This document shows positions 27,148 to 35,266 of a DNA stretch of 64,000 nt, in pieces; position 1 is the stretch's first letter; every line of letters begins with the position of its first letter. A program made the position numbers and the translations under genes. The DNA comes from Hamadaea sp. GTDB lineage: Bacteria > Actinomycetota > Actinomycetes > Mycobacteriales > Micromonosporaceae. The notes below the pieces were generated by a model, which did not search any database, was not told the origin of the DNA, and saw only the letters and a program-made list of their open reading frames with translations. The stretch is from positions 7,140 to 71,139 of the forward strand of contig NZ_JABFVK010000027.1 of the NCBI RefSeq assembly GCF_013362815.1. Reading direction: 5' to 3'.

Positions 27148-28059
27148 TCACGCCAGGTCCGAGCGGGACGCCCGCAGCAGGCGCATCTGGACGGCGGTGA
27201 GCACGCCGAGGATCAAGGCCAGGCAGATGGCGGCCGCGGCGGCGTACCCCATGTGGAAGTAGGTGAATGCCTGCTGGTAGATGTAGTAGTAGATGACCCG
27301 GGTGGCGGAGACCGGGCCGCCCTTGGTGGTCACCGCGACGGTGTCGAAGATCTGGAACGAGCCGATCAGCGAGACCACGAGCACCAGTGCCAGCACCGGG
27401 CGGAGCAGCGGCAACGTGATGCCCCGGAACATCCGCCATTCCCCGGCCCCGTCGATGGCCGCGCCTTCGTAGAGGTACTGCGGGATCTGGAGCATGCCGG
27501 CGTACAGCAGCAGCGCGGTGTAGCCGGTGTAGGCCCAGGTGTTGATCGCCGCGATCGACGGCATCGCCCAGGTCTGGTCGGTGAAGAAGCCGACCGGCCC
27601 GGCGTCGAAGACCGCCAGCAGGTGGTTGACGAACCCGAGGTTGGTGTCGAGCAACCACATCCACAGCAGGCCGACGGTGACGTTCGGGACGAGCCACGGC
27701 AGCAGCAGGGTCGCCCGCAGGACGACCGAGCGGGTCAGGCGGTGCAGCAGCGTCGCGACCCCTAACGCCAGCAGCGTCTGGGAGCCGATGTTGAGCACCA
27801 CGTACCACGCCGTGACCAGCAGCGCGTTCCAGAACTGGCCGTCGGAGGCGAGCTTGGCGTAGTTCTCCGCGCCCACATAGGACGGTGTGTTGAGCATGCT
27901 GTAGTCGGTGAGGGAGTACCAGACGCCCCGCGCCGCCGGGTAGCCGTAGAACACGGCGAACCCGAGCAGCACCGGTGCCAGGAACCACCACGCCGCCCGG
28001 CGATCGTCGCGCCGTCTCTTCACCCTCATCTCGCCGCCATCTCCGCCTCTGATCTGCAT
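27148..28059 (-). CDS. Carbohydrate ABC transporter permease (MalF-like)
   Basis: EAA loop YEGAAIDGAGEWRMFRGITLPLL. The start is ambiguous between ATG 28059 and ATG 28029. Confidence 0.75.
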   Translation of the reverse strand: MQIRGGDGGEMRVKRRRDDRRAAWWFLAPVLLGFAVFYGYPAARGVWYSLTDYSMLNTPSYVGAENYAKLASDGQFWNALLVTAWYVVLNIGSQTLLALGVATLLHRLTRSVVLRATLLLPWLVPNVTVGLLWMWLLDTNLGFVNHLLAVFDAGPVGFFTDQTWAMPSIAAINTWAYTGYTALLLYAGMLQIPQYLYEGAAIDGAGEWRMFRGITLPLLRPVLALVLVVSLIGSFQIFDTVAVTTKGGPVSATRVIYYYIYQQAFTYFHMGYAAAAAICLALILGVLTAVQMRLLRASRSDLA

Positions 28060-28089
28060 CGTTCGATGCCTCTGATCTGCTCGATCGAT
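28045..28089. repeat. Imperfect 23-nt tandem duplication in the divergent promoter region
   Basis: GCCTCTGATCTGCATCGTTCGAT (28045-28067) is followed by GCCTCTGATCTGCTCGATCGAT (28068-28089). The first copy contains the upstream candidate start of the permease gene. Confidence 0.5.
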
Positions 28090-28210
28090 CTGCGTCAGGT
28101 TGGCTCTTGCCAGCCGGCCCGCTCTCGAATAATGATGTAGACCTTCGAAATTTTGTCAACACCTCTTCGTATTGGTTCGGCAACAAGATCCCCCGCACCG
28201 GAGAGCAGAC

Positions 28211-29602
28211 ATGACTTCAAGACCAGGTCACCGGGCATTCCCGGCCCTCTTCCGCGCCGCCGCCGTCGGTCTCGCCTTGGCGTTGACTGTGGGAACCACG
28301 TCGGCTGCGGCCACTCCGACCCCGGCTTCGGCGAACTGGACAGCGTTGCCCTACGCCCCGGCGCCGGCCGACAATCCGCTCAAAGGCTTCCTGCCGTACG
28401 CCGGGAGCTATCAGACCTTCCCGTACAGCATGGAGTGGTTCTACCTGCCACTTCGCGATGTCATGACGGGACCGCGCCACTTCGACTGGACCGCGCTGGA
28501 ACGCCGGCTCAACGACATCGCCGGTCGTGGGCATCAGGCGGTGTTCCGCTTCTACCTCGACTACCCCGGCCAGCCCACCGGCATCCCGCAGTACCTGCTG
28601 GACCAGGGGCTCGTCACACACGCGTACGACGATTTCGGGAACAACGGCGTGAGCGTCTCGCCCGACTACGACGATCCCCGGCTGGTCACCGCGCTGGAGG
28701 AGTTCATCGCAGCGTTCGGCCGGCGATACGACGGCGATCCCCGGATCGGCTTCATCACCCTCGGGCTCATCGGCTTCTGGGGCGAATGGCATACCTGGCC
28801 GCATGACGGCTGGACGCTGCCCGAGAACTGGATGCCCGACACCGCCGTGCTCACCAAGGTGCTGACCGGCTACGACAACGCGTTCGACCGGACCCGGCTG
28901 CTCGCCCGCTATCCGAGTCCGCAGAACAAAGACCTGGCGATGGGGTACCACGACGACTCGTTCGCCTTCGAGACGCTGCCCCCGACCTCGTGGCACTTCG
29001 TCCAGCGGCTGATCGACGAGGGCGTCACCGGCAAGTGGCGTACCGAGCCGATCGGCGGCGAGCTGCGCCCGGAGATCCAGTCCTGCCTGTGGGACGAACC
29101 GGTCAGCTGCGCGCAGTACGAGGACTTCACCGAGTCGGTCGCGCAGACCCACGCGTCGTGGCTCCTCAATCAGGCCGCGTTCGCCGGTGCCGGGTACACC
29201 GGCGACAAGTACTTCCGCGCTCTCGAGGCCAGTAAGTCGCTGGGCTACGAGCTGACCGTCACCGAGGCCGCCGTCGGTCCGGGCCGGGTCTCGGTGCGCA
29301 TCGCCAACCGGGGGACCGCCCCGTTCTACTACCCCTGGCAGGGTGAACTCGCCGCCGTCGATCGGCAGGGCCGGATCGTGGCCCGATGGCGTACCGGGTG
29401 GACCGTCGACGGCATCCAGCCTGGTGCCACGCCCGTCGAACTGTCGACCGACATCGGCCTCCGGGGTCTCCGCCCGGGGAGCTACGACCTCGTCCTGCGG
29501 GTCGCCAACCCCTTGCCGCAGGGCCTCCCGCTGCGCTTCGCCAACACCGGCCAGGACACCCACTCCGGCTGGTTGCGCCTGGGTGCCGTCACCACCCGCT
29601 GA
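28211..29602 (+). CDS. Secreted putative glycoside hydrolase (DUF4874/DUF4832-like TIM-barrel protein), paralogue 1
   Basis: Track ORF 28172..29602; start placed at ATG 28211. Signal peptide present. Motifs: NPLKGFLPY, FRFYLDYPG, SPDYDDP, DPRIGFITLGLIGFWGEWHTWP, IGGELRPEIQ. Confidence 0.5.
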   Translation: MTSRPGHRAFPALFRAAAVGLALALTVGTTSAAATPTPASANWTALPYAPAPADNPLKGFLPYAGSYQTFPYSMEWFYLPLRDVMTGPRHFDWTALERRLNDIAGRGHQAVFRFYLDYPGQPTGIPQYLLDQGLVTHAYDDFGNNGVSVSPDYDDPRLVTALEEFIAAFGRRYDGDPRIGFITLGLIGFWGEWHTWPHDGWTLPENWMPDTAVLTKVLTGYDNAFDRTRLLARYPSPQNKDLAMGYHDDSFAFETLPPTSWHFVQRLIDEGVTGKWRTEPIGGELRPEIQSCLWDEPVSCAQYEDFTESVAQTHASWLLNQAAFAGAGYTGDKYFRALEASKSLGYELTVTEAAVGPGRVSVRIANRGTAPFYYPWQGELAAVDRQGRIVARWRTGWTVDGIQPGATPVELSTDIGLRGLRPGSYDLVLRVANPLPQGLPLRFANTGQDTHSGWLRLGAVTTR

Positions 29603-29641
29603 CCGCCCGCAGTTCCTCCCTCGTCCCTGAAAGGAACAACC

Positions 29642-32308
29642 ATGCCCGCGTTACGCAAGCTCCTCGTGACCACGGCGGCCGCGCTGGTCGTGCTGCTGCC
29701 CGTCACGGCCTCGGCGGCACCGGCCGGTCCGCCCACTCGCCCGGCGGCCGGTCCCGGTCCGGACACCAGCCTCACCACGCACACCTACGGGTACGCCGAT
29801 GCACCGGTCGGTCAGCCGTTGAAGGGCATCGCACCCTACTTGTTCCCCGGCGACAACCTGTCGACGAAGTACCCGGGCGGGCTCGTCTGGAGCTACTTCG
29901 CCCTCAACGAAGTCATGAAGGACCCCACCCGCTGCGACGTCTTCGACTGGACCGTCTTCGAGAAGGCGCTGGACGAGGCGGCGGTCTGGAGCCGTCAGGT
30001 GGCCTTCCGGTTCTACCTGGAGTACCCGGGCGGCAGCGGCACCCATCCCGGCAACGGCATACCACCGTGTCTCAACGGCAAGGTCGCGTTGCGTACCAAT
30101 GGATTCTGGGGGACGGTCAGCCCGGACTACGACGATCCCGACCTGATCTCCGCGCTCACCTCGTTCATCAACGCCTTCGCGCAGCGCTATGACCACGCCG
30201 GTCCGGGTGGCACCGCCGACCCGCGCATCGGCTTCATGACGTTGGGCCTGGTCGGCCTGTGGGGTGAGTGGCACACCTGGCCTTACGACCGGGACACCGC
30301 CGACGGCTATCCCGACCTGATGCCGACCGACGCGACCATCAGCACGATCATCGGCGCGGCCGACGCCGCCTTCTCGAACATCCAGGTCGAGGTCCGTTAT
30401 CCGCTCGCGGGCACGCAGACGGCGAACATCGGTTTCCACGACGACTCGTGGCCCTACATGGAGTACCGCAACGGTCAGTTGAAGGGGATGACCCTGCCTT
30501 CCTCGATGAACGGGTGGGATGACGCGTTCCTCCAGCTCCAGCTCAACACCGGCACCGAGAACCGGTGGGTCACCCAGTCCATCGGCGGCGAGGCGCGTCC
30601 GGAGATCCAGGGCAGCCTGTACGCCAACTGGCCGGCCGGAGGCGGGCAGGTCGACAACGTCCTCGCCGCGACCGAGCTGACCCACATCAGCTGGATGATC
30701 AACCAGACGGGCTCCGGCGGCTACAGCACGAGCGATGCCAAGGTCTCGGCCGGCATGCGGAAGATGGGCTACAACCTGCACATTCCGCAGGCGAACTTCA
30801 ACTCCGTCGCGTCGGGCAGCATGAAGGTCGGCGTCACGGTGCAGAACGACGGCGTCGCCCCGTTCTATTACCCGTGGACAGTCGTGCTCGGCCTGCGCGA
30901 CAGCTCCGGCAACGTCGTCAAGACCTGGGACACCTCCTGGGACCTGCGTCAGGTGCAGCCGTTGCAGATCCGGGCCTTCCCGGACTGGAACGTCGGGGCC
31001 GATCCCAAGTACCTCGACTTCGGCCGCCCGGTGAACTACTCGACGACGGTCAGCACGGCGGGCGTACCGGCGGGGAACTACAGCCTGGTCCTGAAGGTGC
31101 GCAACCCGCTGGAGGCGGTGACCGCCGACGTCTTGCGGGCGCGTCCCGCCGAGACGAGGCTCACCGACTGGATCATCGACCAGTGGCGGCCGCGCCTGCC
31201 GTTGTCGTTCGCCAACGCCAACCAGGGCGCCGACGGCTGGGTCAACCTGGGCGCGGTCAGCATGAACGCGTGCACGGGCGACTGCACGGCACCGTCGGCT
31301 CCGGCCGGGCTCGCCGTCACCGGGCTGACCGACACGAGCGTGTCGCTGTCCTGGTCGGCGTCGACCGACAACGTCGGCGTGACGGGGTACCAGGTGCTCC
31401 GGGACGGCGTCGTGGCCGGTACGCCGACCGGAACCTCGTTCACCGACACCGGTCGCGCAGCGGGTCACACCTACCAGTACGCCGTCCGTGCGCTGGACGC
31501 CGCCGGCAACGTGTCCGCATCGTCGGCCACCGTCTCGGCGACGACGACGGGCTGCTCCGGTGACTGCACCTCGCCCACCGTCCCGAGTGGACTGGCGGTG
31601 ACCGGCAAGACCGACACCACGGTGAGTCTCTCCTGGTCGGCGTCGACGGACAGCGTCGGCGTCACCGGGTACGAGGTGTTCCGTGGATCGACGCTGGTCG
31701 GCAGCCCGACGGGGACTTCGTTCACCGACACCGGCCTGACGGCGGCGACGAGCTACAGCTACACGGTGAAGGCCCGGGACGCCGCGGGCAACCGGTCGGC
31801 CGCGAGCACTGCCGTCGCGGTGACCACTGCCAATCCGCCGCAACCACCCGTCGGGCTGGTGCTCGACGACTTCGACGGTACTCCGGCGTACCCCTCGTCG
31901 AACCTCAACGACCTGGGCAAATGGACCGGCGGCAACTGCTTCCTCGACGGCGGCGGCTCCGGCGTAGTCAGCGGGGGAGCGCTGAGCCTCCGCTACGACA
32001 ACTGCGGCTGGTTCGGCTCGGACGTCGGGGTGAACCTCAGCTCCTACACCTACCTGGTCGTCCGCATCAAGGGCGCGGCCGGTGGCGAGCAGACCCACTT
32101 CAACCTGGGGCTCGGCGGCACGACGAAGGTGTTCGGGGACTTCACTCTCGACGGCGGCGGGCACCCCGTCATCACCACGGCGTACCAGGACATCCGCATT
32201 CCGATGGCGGCCAACGGCATCAGCCGGAACTCGCCGTCGCAGCTCGCGATGGGCTTCTGGTACGGCGGCAACTCGACCATAACCATCGACAGCATCTCGT
32301 TTAGCTGA
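29642..32308 (+). CDS. Secreted DUF4832-like putative glycoside hydrolase, paralogue 2, with two FN3 modules and a C-terminal beta-sandwich (CBM-like) module
   Basis: Shares the conserved blocks of the upstream paralogue (QPLKGIAPY, FRFYLEYPG, DPRIGFMTLGLVGLWGEWHTWP, IGGEARPEIQ). Two near-identical FN3 units follow (PSAPAGLAVTGLTDTSVSLSWSAS.. / PTVPSGLAVTGKTDTTVSLSWSAS..), then a tail of about 190 aa. Confidence 0.55.
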   Translation: MPALRKLLVTTAAALVVLLPVTASAAPAGPPTRPAAGPGPDTSLTTHTYGYADAPVGQPLKGIAPYLFPGDNLSTKYPGGLVWSYFALNEVMKDPTRCDVFDWTVFEKALDEAAVWSRQVAFRFYLEYPGGSGTHPGNGIPPCLNGKVALRTNGFWGTVSPDYDDPDLISALTSFINAFAQRYDHAGPGGTADPRIGFMTLGLVGLWGEWHTWPYDRDTADGYPDLMPTDATISTIIGAADAAFSNIQVEVRYPLAGTQTANIGFHDDSWPYMEYRNGQLKGMTLPSSMNGWDDAFLQLQLNTGTENRWVTQSIGGEARPEIQGSLYANWPAGGGQVDNVLAATELTHISWMINQTGSGGYSTSDAKVSAGMRKMGYNLHIPQANFNSVASGSMKVGVTVQNDGVAPFYYPWTVVLGLRDSSGNVVKTWDTSWDLRQVQPLQIRAFPDWNVGADPKYLDFGRPVNYSTTVSTAGVPAGNYSLVLKVRNPLEAVTADVLRARPAETRLTDWIIDQWRPRLPLSFANANQGADGWVNLGAVSMNACTGDCTAPSAPAGLAVTGLTDTSVSLSWSASTDNVGVTGYQVLRDGVVAGTPTGTSFTDTGRAAGHTYQYAVRALDAAGNVSASSATVSATTTGCSGDCTSPTVPSGLAVTGKTDTTVSLSWSASTDSVGVTGYEVFRGSTLVGSPTGTSFTDTGLTAATSYSYTVKARDAAGNRSAASTAVAVTTANPPQPPVGLVLDDFDGTPAYPSSNLNDLGKWTGGNCFLDGGGSGVVSGGALSLRYDNCGWFGSDVGVNLSSYTYLVVRIKGAAGGEQTHFNLGLGGTTKVFGDFTLDGGGHPVITTAYQDIRIPMAANGISRNSPSQLAMGFWYGGNSTITIDSISFS

Positions 32309-32323
32309 GCCGGCCGGGGTTAT

Positions 32324-32351
32324 CCGGGGGTGGAGACATCACCACCCCCGG
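32324..32351 (+). terminator. Stem-loop after the DUF4832/FN3 gene
   Basis: CCGGGGGTGG (32324-32333) and CCACCCCCGG (32342-32351) form a perfect 10-bp stem with an 8-nt loop, 16 nt after the stop. There is no U-tract, which is common in high-GC actinomycetes. Confidence 0.5.
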
Positions 32352-32360
32352 AGGCCTCTC

Positions 32361-33806
32361 ATGACGGCGGTCAACACCCCCGATGCCGGCATCCTCGGCA
32401 CCCTCGACTCGCGTACGCCGACGCGTTTCTACTGGTCGCTGACGTTGCTCGCGACGATCGGCGGTTTCCTGTTCGGGTTCGACACCTCGAACATCGGCTC
32501 GGTCCTCGGTTTCATCCCGTACGAGCTGAACGACTTCTGGACCGGGTACCTCGTCGCCGGGGCGTCGCTGGGAGCCGCGGCCGGTGCGCTCGCGGCCGGG
32601 CCGCTCACCGACCGGTTCGGCCGGAAAGCCCTGCTCGTCGTGGACGCCGCCATCTATGCCGGTGGTGCGTTGCTGTCGGCATTCGCTCCCAACGCGGCGG
32701 TGCTGATCTTCGCGCGTACGCTCATCGGCCTGGCGATCGGCGCCGACTCCGCGATCGCGACCGCCTATATCGCCGAGTACGCCCCGGCGAAGCGACGTGG
32801 TTCGCTGGCGATGTTGCAGCAATGGATGATCACGGTCGGCATCCTGGCGGCCTACCTGATCGCCTGGCTCATCTATGCGACCCTCCCGGATCAAGCCGCC
32901 ACCTTGGATTGGCGGCTGATCCTCGGACTCGGCGCGGTTCCCGCCCTGGTCGGCTTCGTTCTGCGTACCCGTATGCCCGAATCGCCGAGATGGTTGATGC
33001 GCAAGGGCCGCAGTGAGGACGCGCGCCGCTCGCTCGCGGCTCTGGGGGTGGAGGTGAGCACGGAGCAGGTGACGTCGGCGAGCCGTGAGCTGACCGAGGC
33101 GGAGGAGAACGCGGCGCCGAGCCGCTGGCGGAACTGGACCCCGGGAGTACGCCGCGCGCTGCTGGTCGTGTGCCTGTTCTTCACGTTCCAGCAGATCACG
33201 GGCATCAACGTGCCGTTCTACTACGGGCCCAAGGTGCTCGGGCCGCTGTTCCAGACCGGTGACAGCAAGCTCGACGAGGTCATCGCCGGCGTGCAGGCTA
33301 CGACGATCCTGACGCTGGTCAACGTCGCCGCGACGTACTTCGCGTTCCGCTGGATCGACCGAGCCGGCCGTCGTCCGCTGGCGATCGGCGGGTTCGCGGG
33401 GATGGCCGTGTTCGCGCTGGTGGCAGGGGCGGGGCTGAGCTGGTTCACCGGCTCGGCGAGCACCGCCGTCGTGATCGTCAGCCTGAGCCTGTTCATCGCC
33501 AGTTTCGCGATCGGCGTCGGCGGCACCGGCTGGCTGATCCAGGGCGAGGTGTTCCCGACCGCGATCCGGGGTCAGGCGGCGGCGATCGCGGCCACAGTGG
33601 ACTGGCTCGCCAACTTCGCCCTCATCGAGGCGTTTCCCGCGCTGGAATCCGGGCTGGGACTGGCCTGGGTCATGACGATCTTCGCCGCGTTGTCAGTGGT
33701 CGCGATCGTCTTCGTGCTGCGGTTCCTGCCCGAGACCAAGCACCATTCGGTGGAGGAGATCACAGCGATCTTCGAGCGGCAGGCCTCAAGTAAGGTTCAG
33801 GTCTGA
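32361..33806 (+). CDS. MFS sugar-porter-family transporter
   Basis: 12-TM pattern. GFLFGFDTSNIG, GPLTDRFGRK (the GRK loop), PESPRWL and PETK are sugar-porter signatures. Confidence 0.8.
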   Translation: MTAVNTPDAGILGTLDSRTPTRFYWSLTLLATIGGFLFGFDTSNIGSVLGFIPYELNDFWTGYLVAGASLGAAAGALAAGPLTDRFGRKALLVVDAAIYAGGALLSAFAPNAAVLIFARTLIGLAIGADSAIATAYIAEYAPAKRRGSLAMLQQWMITVGILAAYLIAWLIYATLPDQAATLDWRLILGLGAVPALVGFVLRTRMPESPRWLMRKGRSEDARRSLAALGVEVSTEQVTSASRELTEAEENAAPSRWRNWTPGVRRALLVVCLFFTFQQITGINVPFYYGPKVLGPLFQTGDSKLDEVIAGVQATTILTLVNVAATYFAFRWIDRAGRRPLAIGGFAGMAVFALVAGAGLSWFTGSASTAVVIVSLSLFIASFAIGVGGTGWLIQGEVFPTAIRGQAAAIAATVDWLANFALIEAFPALESGLGLAWVMTIFAALSVVAIVFVLRFLPETKHHSVEEITAIFERQASSKVQV

Positions 33807-33822
33807 TGCTACGGTCGGTGGC

Positions 33823-34272
33823 ATGCCGAGGGCGCGTACCGAGTCCCATGAACTGACCGTCGGCCAGGTGGCCGAGCGCAGCGGCGTCGCCGTGTCCGCG
33901 CTCCACTTCTACGAGCGCAAGGGCCTGATCAGCAGTACGCGGACGGCGAGCAACCAACGCCGCTACCATCGGGACATCCTGCGCCGGGTCGCCTTCATCC
34001 GGGCGTCGCAGACCGTCGGCATCTCACTCACGGCGATCCGGGAAGCGCTCGACCAGCTGCCCAGTGAGCGTACGCCGACCCGGGAGGACTGGGCGCGGCT
34101 GTCGAACGGCTGGCGGGCCCACCTCGACGAGCGGATCGCGCAGCTCCAGCGGTTGCGTGACGACCTCACCGGCTGCATCGGGTGCGGCTGCCTGTCGATG
34201 CGGACCTGCCAGCTCGCCAATCCCGGTGACGTCCTCGGCCGCACCGGCCCCGGAGCCCGCCGCTGGGCCTAG
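33823..34272 (+). CDS. soxR: Redox-sensitive MerR-family activator SoxR
   Basis: MerR HTH (LTVGQVAERSGVAVSALHFYERKGLI) and the [2Fe-2S] cluster motif CIGCGCLSMRTC. Confidence 0.85.
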   Translation: MPRARTESHELTVGQVAERSGVAVSALHFYERKGLISSTRTASNQRRYHRDILRRVAFIRASQTVGISLTAIREALDQLPSERTPTREDWARLSNGWRAHLDERIAQLQRLRDDLTGCIGCGCLSMRTCQLANPGDVLGRTGPGARRWA

Positions 34273-34808
34273 AGCGCTTGCGGCTTCCAGTTCTCGGCCA
34301 GCAACCCGAGCAGCACCTCGTCGAGGAACTCGCCCAGCACCCAGGCCGACGAGCGCAGGAGTCCCTCACGGACGAAGCCGTTGCGCTCGGCCGCCCGCAG
34401 CATCGCGGTGTTGTCGGCCAGCGTGTCGACCTGCAGGCGGTGCAGTCCGCGTACGACGAATCCGTAGTGGCAGAGCGTCGCGACGACATCGGTCCCATAG
34501 CCCTTGCCGCGAGCCGACGGCAGCAGGCCCATGCCGATGTGTGCGGATCGATGGTGGTTGTCGATGCCCCACACGCTCGCCGCGCCGATCAGGGTGCCGC
34601 CGGCCAGCTCGACCACGGAGAACTGGACGTTCGAGGGATCCTGGTCGTCGATCTGGACCTTCGGGTCGTTCGAGCTGGGCGACAGCGGACGCCACGGGCG
34701 GCCGTCCGCGCGGGCGGCGTTCACGACGTCGTTGAACAACTCGGTCCGCAGAATCGGGATGTCGTCCTCGTGCCGGGCCCGGAGCCCGACCTTGCTGCCC
34801 TGCAACAT
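34269..34808 (-). CDS. GNAT-family N-acetyltransferase (RimJ/RimL-like)
   Basis: 179 aa. Acetyl-CoA-binding region GLLPSARGKGYGTDVVATLCHYGF ... NTAMLRAAERNGFVREG. Confidence 0.7.
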   Translation of the reverse strand: MLQGSKVGLRARHEDDIPILRTELFNDVVNAARADGRPWRPLSPSSNDPKVQIDDQDPSNVQFSVVELAGGTLIGAASVWGIDNHHRSAHIGMGLLPSARGKGYGTDVVATLCHYGFVVRGLHRLQVDTLADNTAMLRAAERNGFVREGLLRSSAWVLGEFLDEVLLGLLAENWKPQAL

Positions 34809-34900
34809 GTGGCCTTCCTACCCAACCGGGCTGCTCGTAGCAAACCGATATCTCCGGCCGGCCTGAGCTGTGAGCCTGTTGGCAAGGCATGCGCGGTCAT

Positions 34901-35085
34901 GATCGTCGGTTCCCGACATTCTTGTGGGATCGTGCGGAGATCATCGTCGGCTTCCGGCGTTCTTGGTGGAGATCAACGGAGAAAATGTGGGGCTATGGCA
35001 CCGCGAATCTTCCGCTGATCATGGCCGCCCATGATCATGGTCAAATCTGCGTTGCTATCACAGCCCAGAATTGACCGTGATCATG
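34901..35085. repeat. Cluster of short direct and inverted repeats (family 1 palindromic elements) in a 458-bp intergenic region
   Basis: Direct repeats GATCGTCGGTTCCCGACATTCTTGTGGG (34901-34928) and GATCATCGTCGGCTTCCGGCGTTCTTGGTGG (34939-34969). Family-1 unit at 34971-35024. A further hairpin has arms CATGATCATGGTCAA (35030-35044) and TTGACCGTGATCATG (35071-35085). Confidence 0.65.
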
Positions 35086-35266
35086 GAACTCGGACAATTC
35101 GGCAACGGCGACCCCCGGCCTCCACCCTGTTCGGTGCGATTTCGGACAGCGCTCACCCGAAAACCGCAGCCTTCACCCGGGCGACGAAGCAGGTGGCAAT
35201 GTCGGTAGGTGTCGATGTGCACCTCGGACCGGGCGACGTCGAACTGCGATTTTCCGGCTTGGTCGA

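Noticed and set aside
29651-32164. 837-aa minus-strand ORF opposite the DUF4832/FN3 gene
   Set aside because: It has shadow-ORF composition (R, G, P, A, V dominated) and no recognisable domain. The plus-strand frame has conserved paralogous blocks and FN3 modules.
34901-35085. Repeat cluster as a MITE or IS remnant
   Set aside because: There is no transposase fragment, no clear terminal inverted repeats bounding the whole block, and no target-site duplication that I can see. I kept it as REP-like repeats only.
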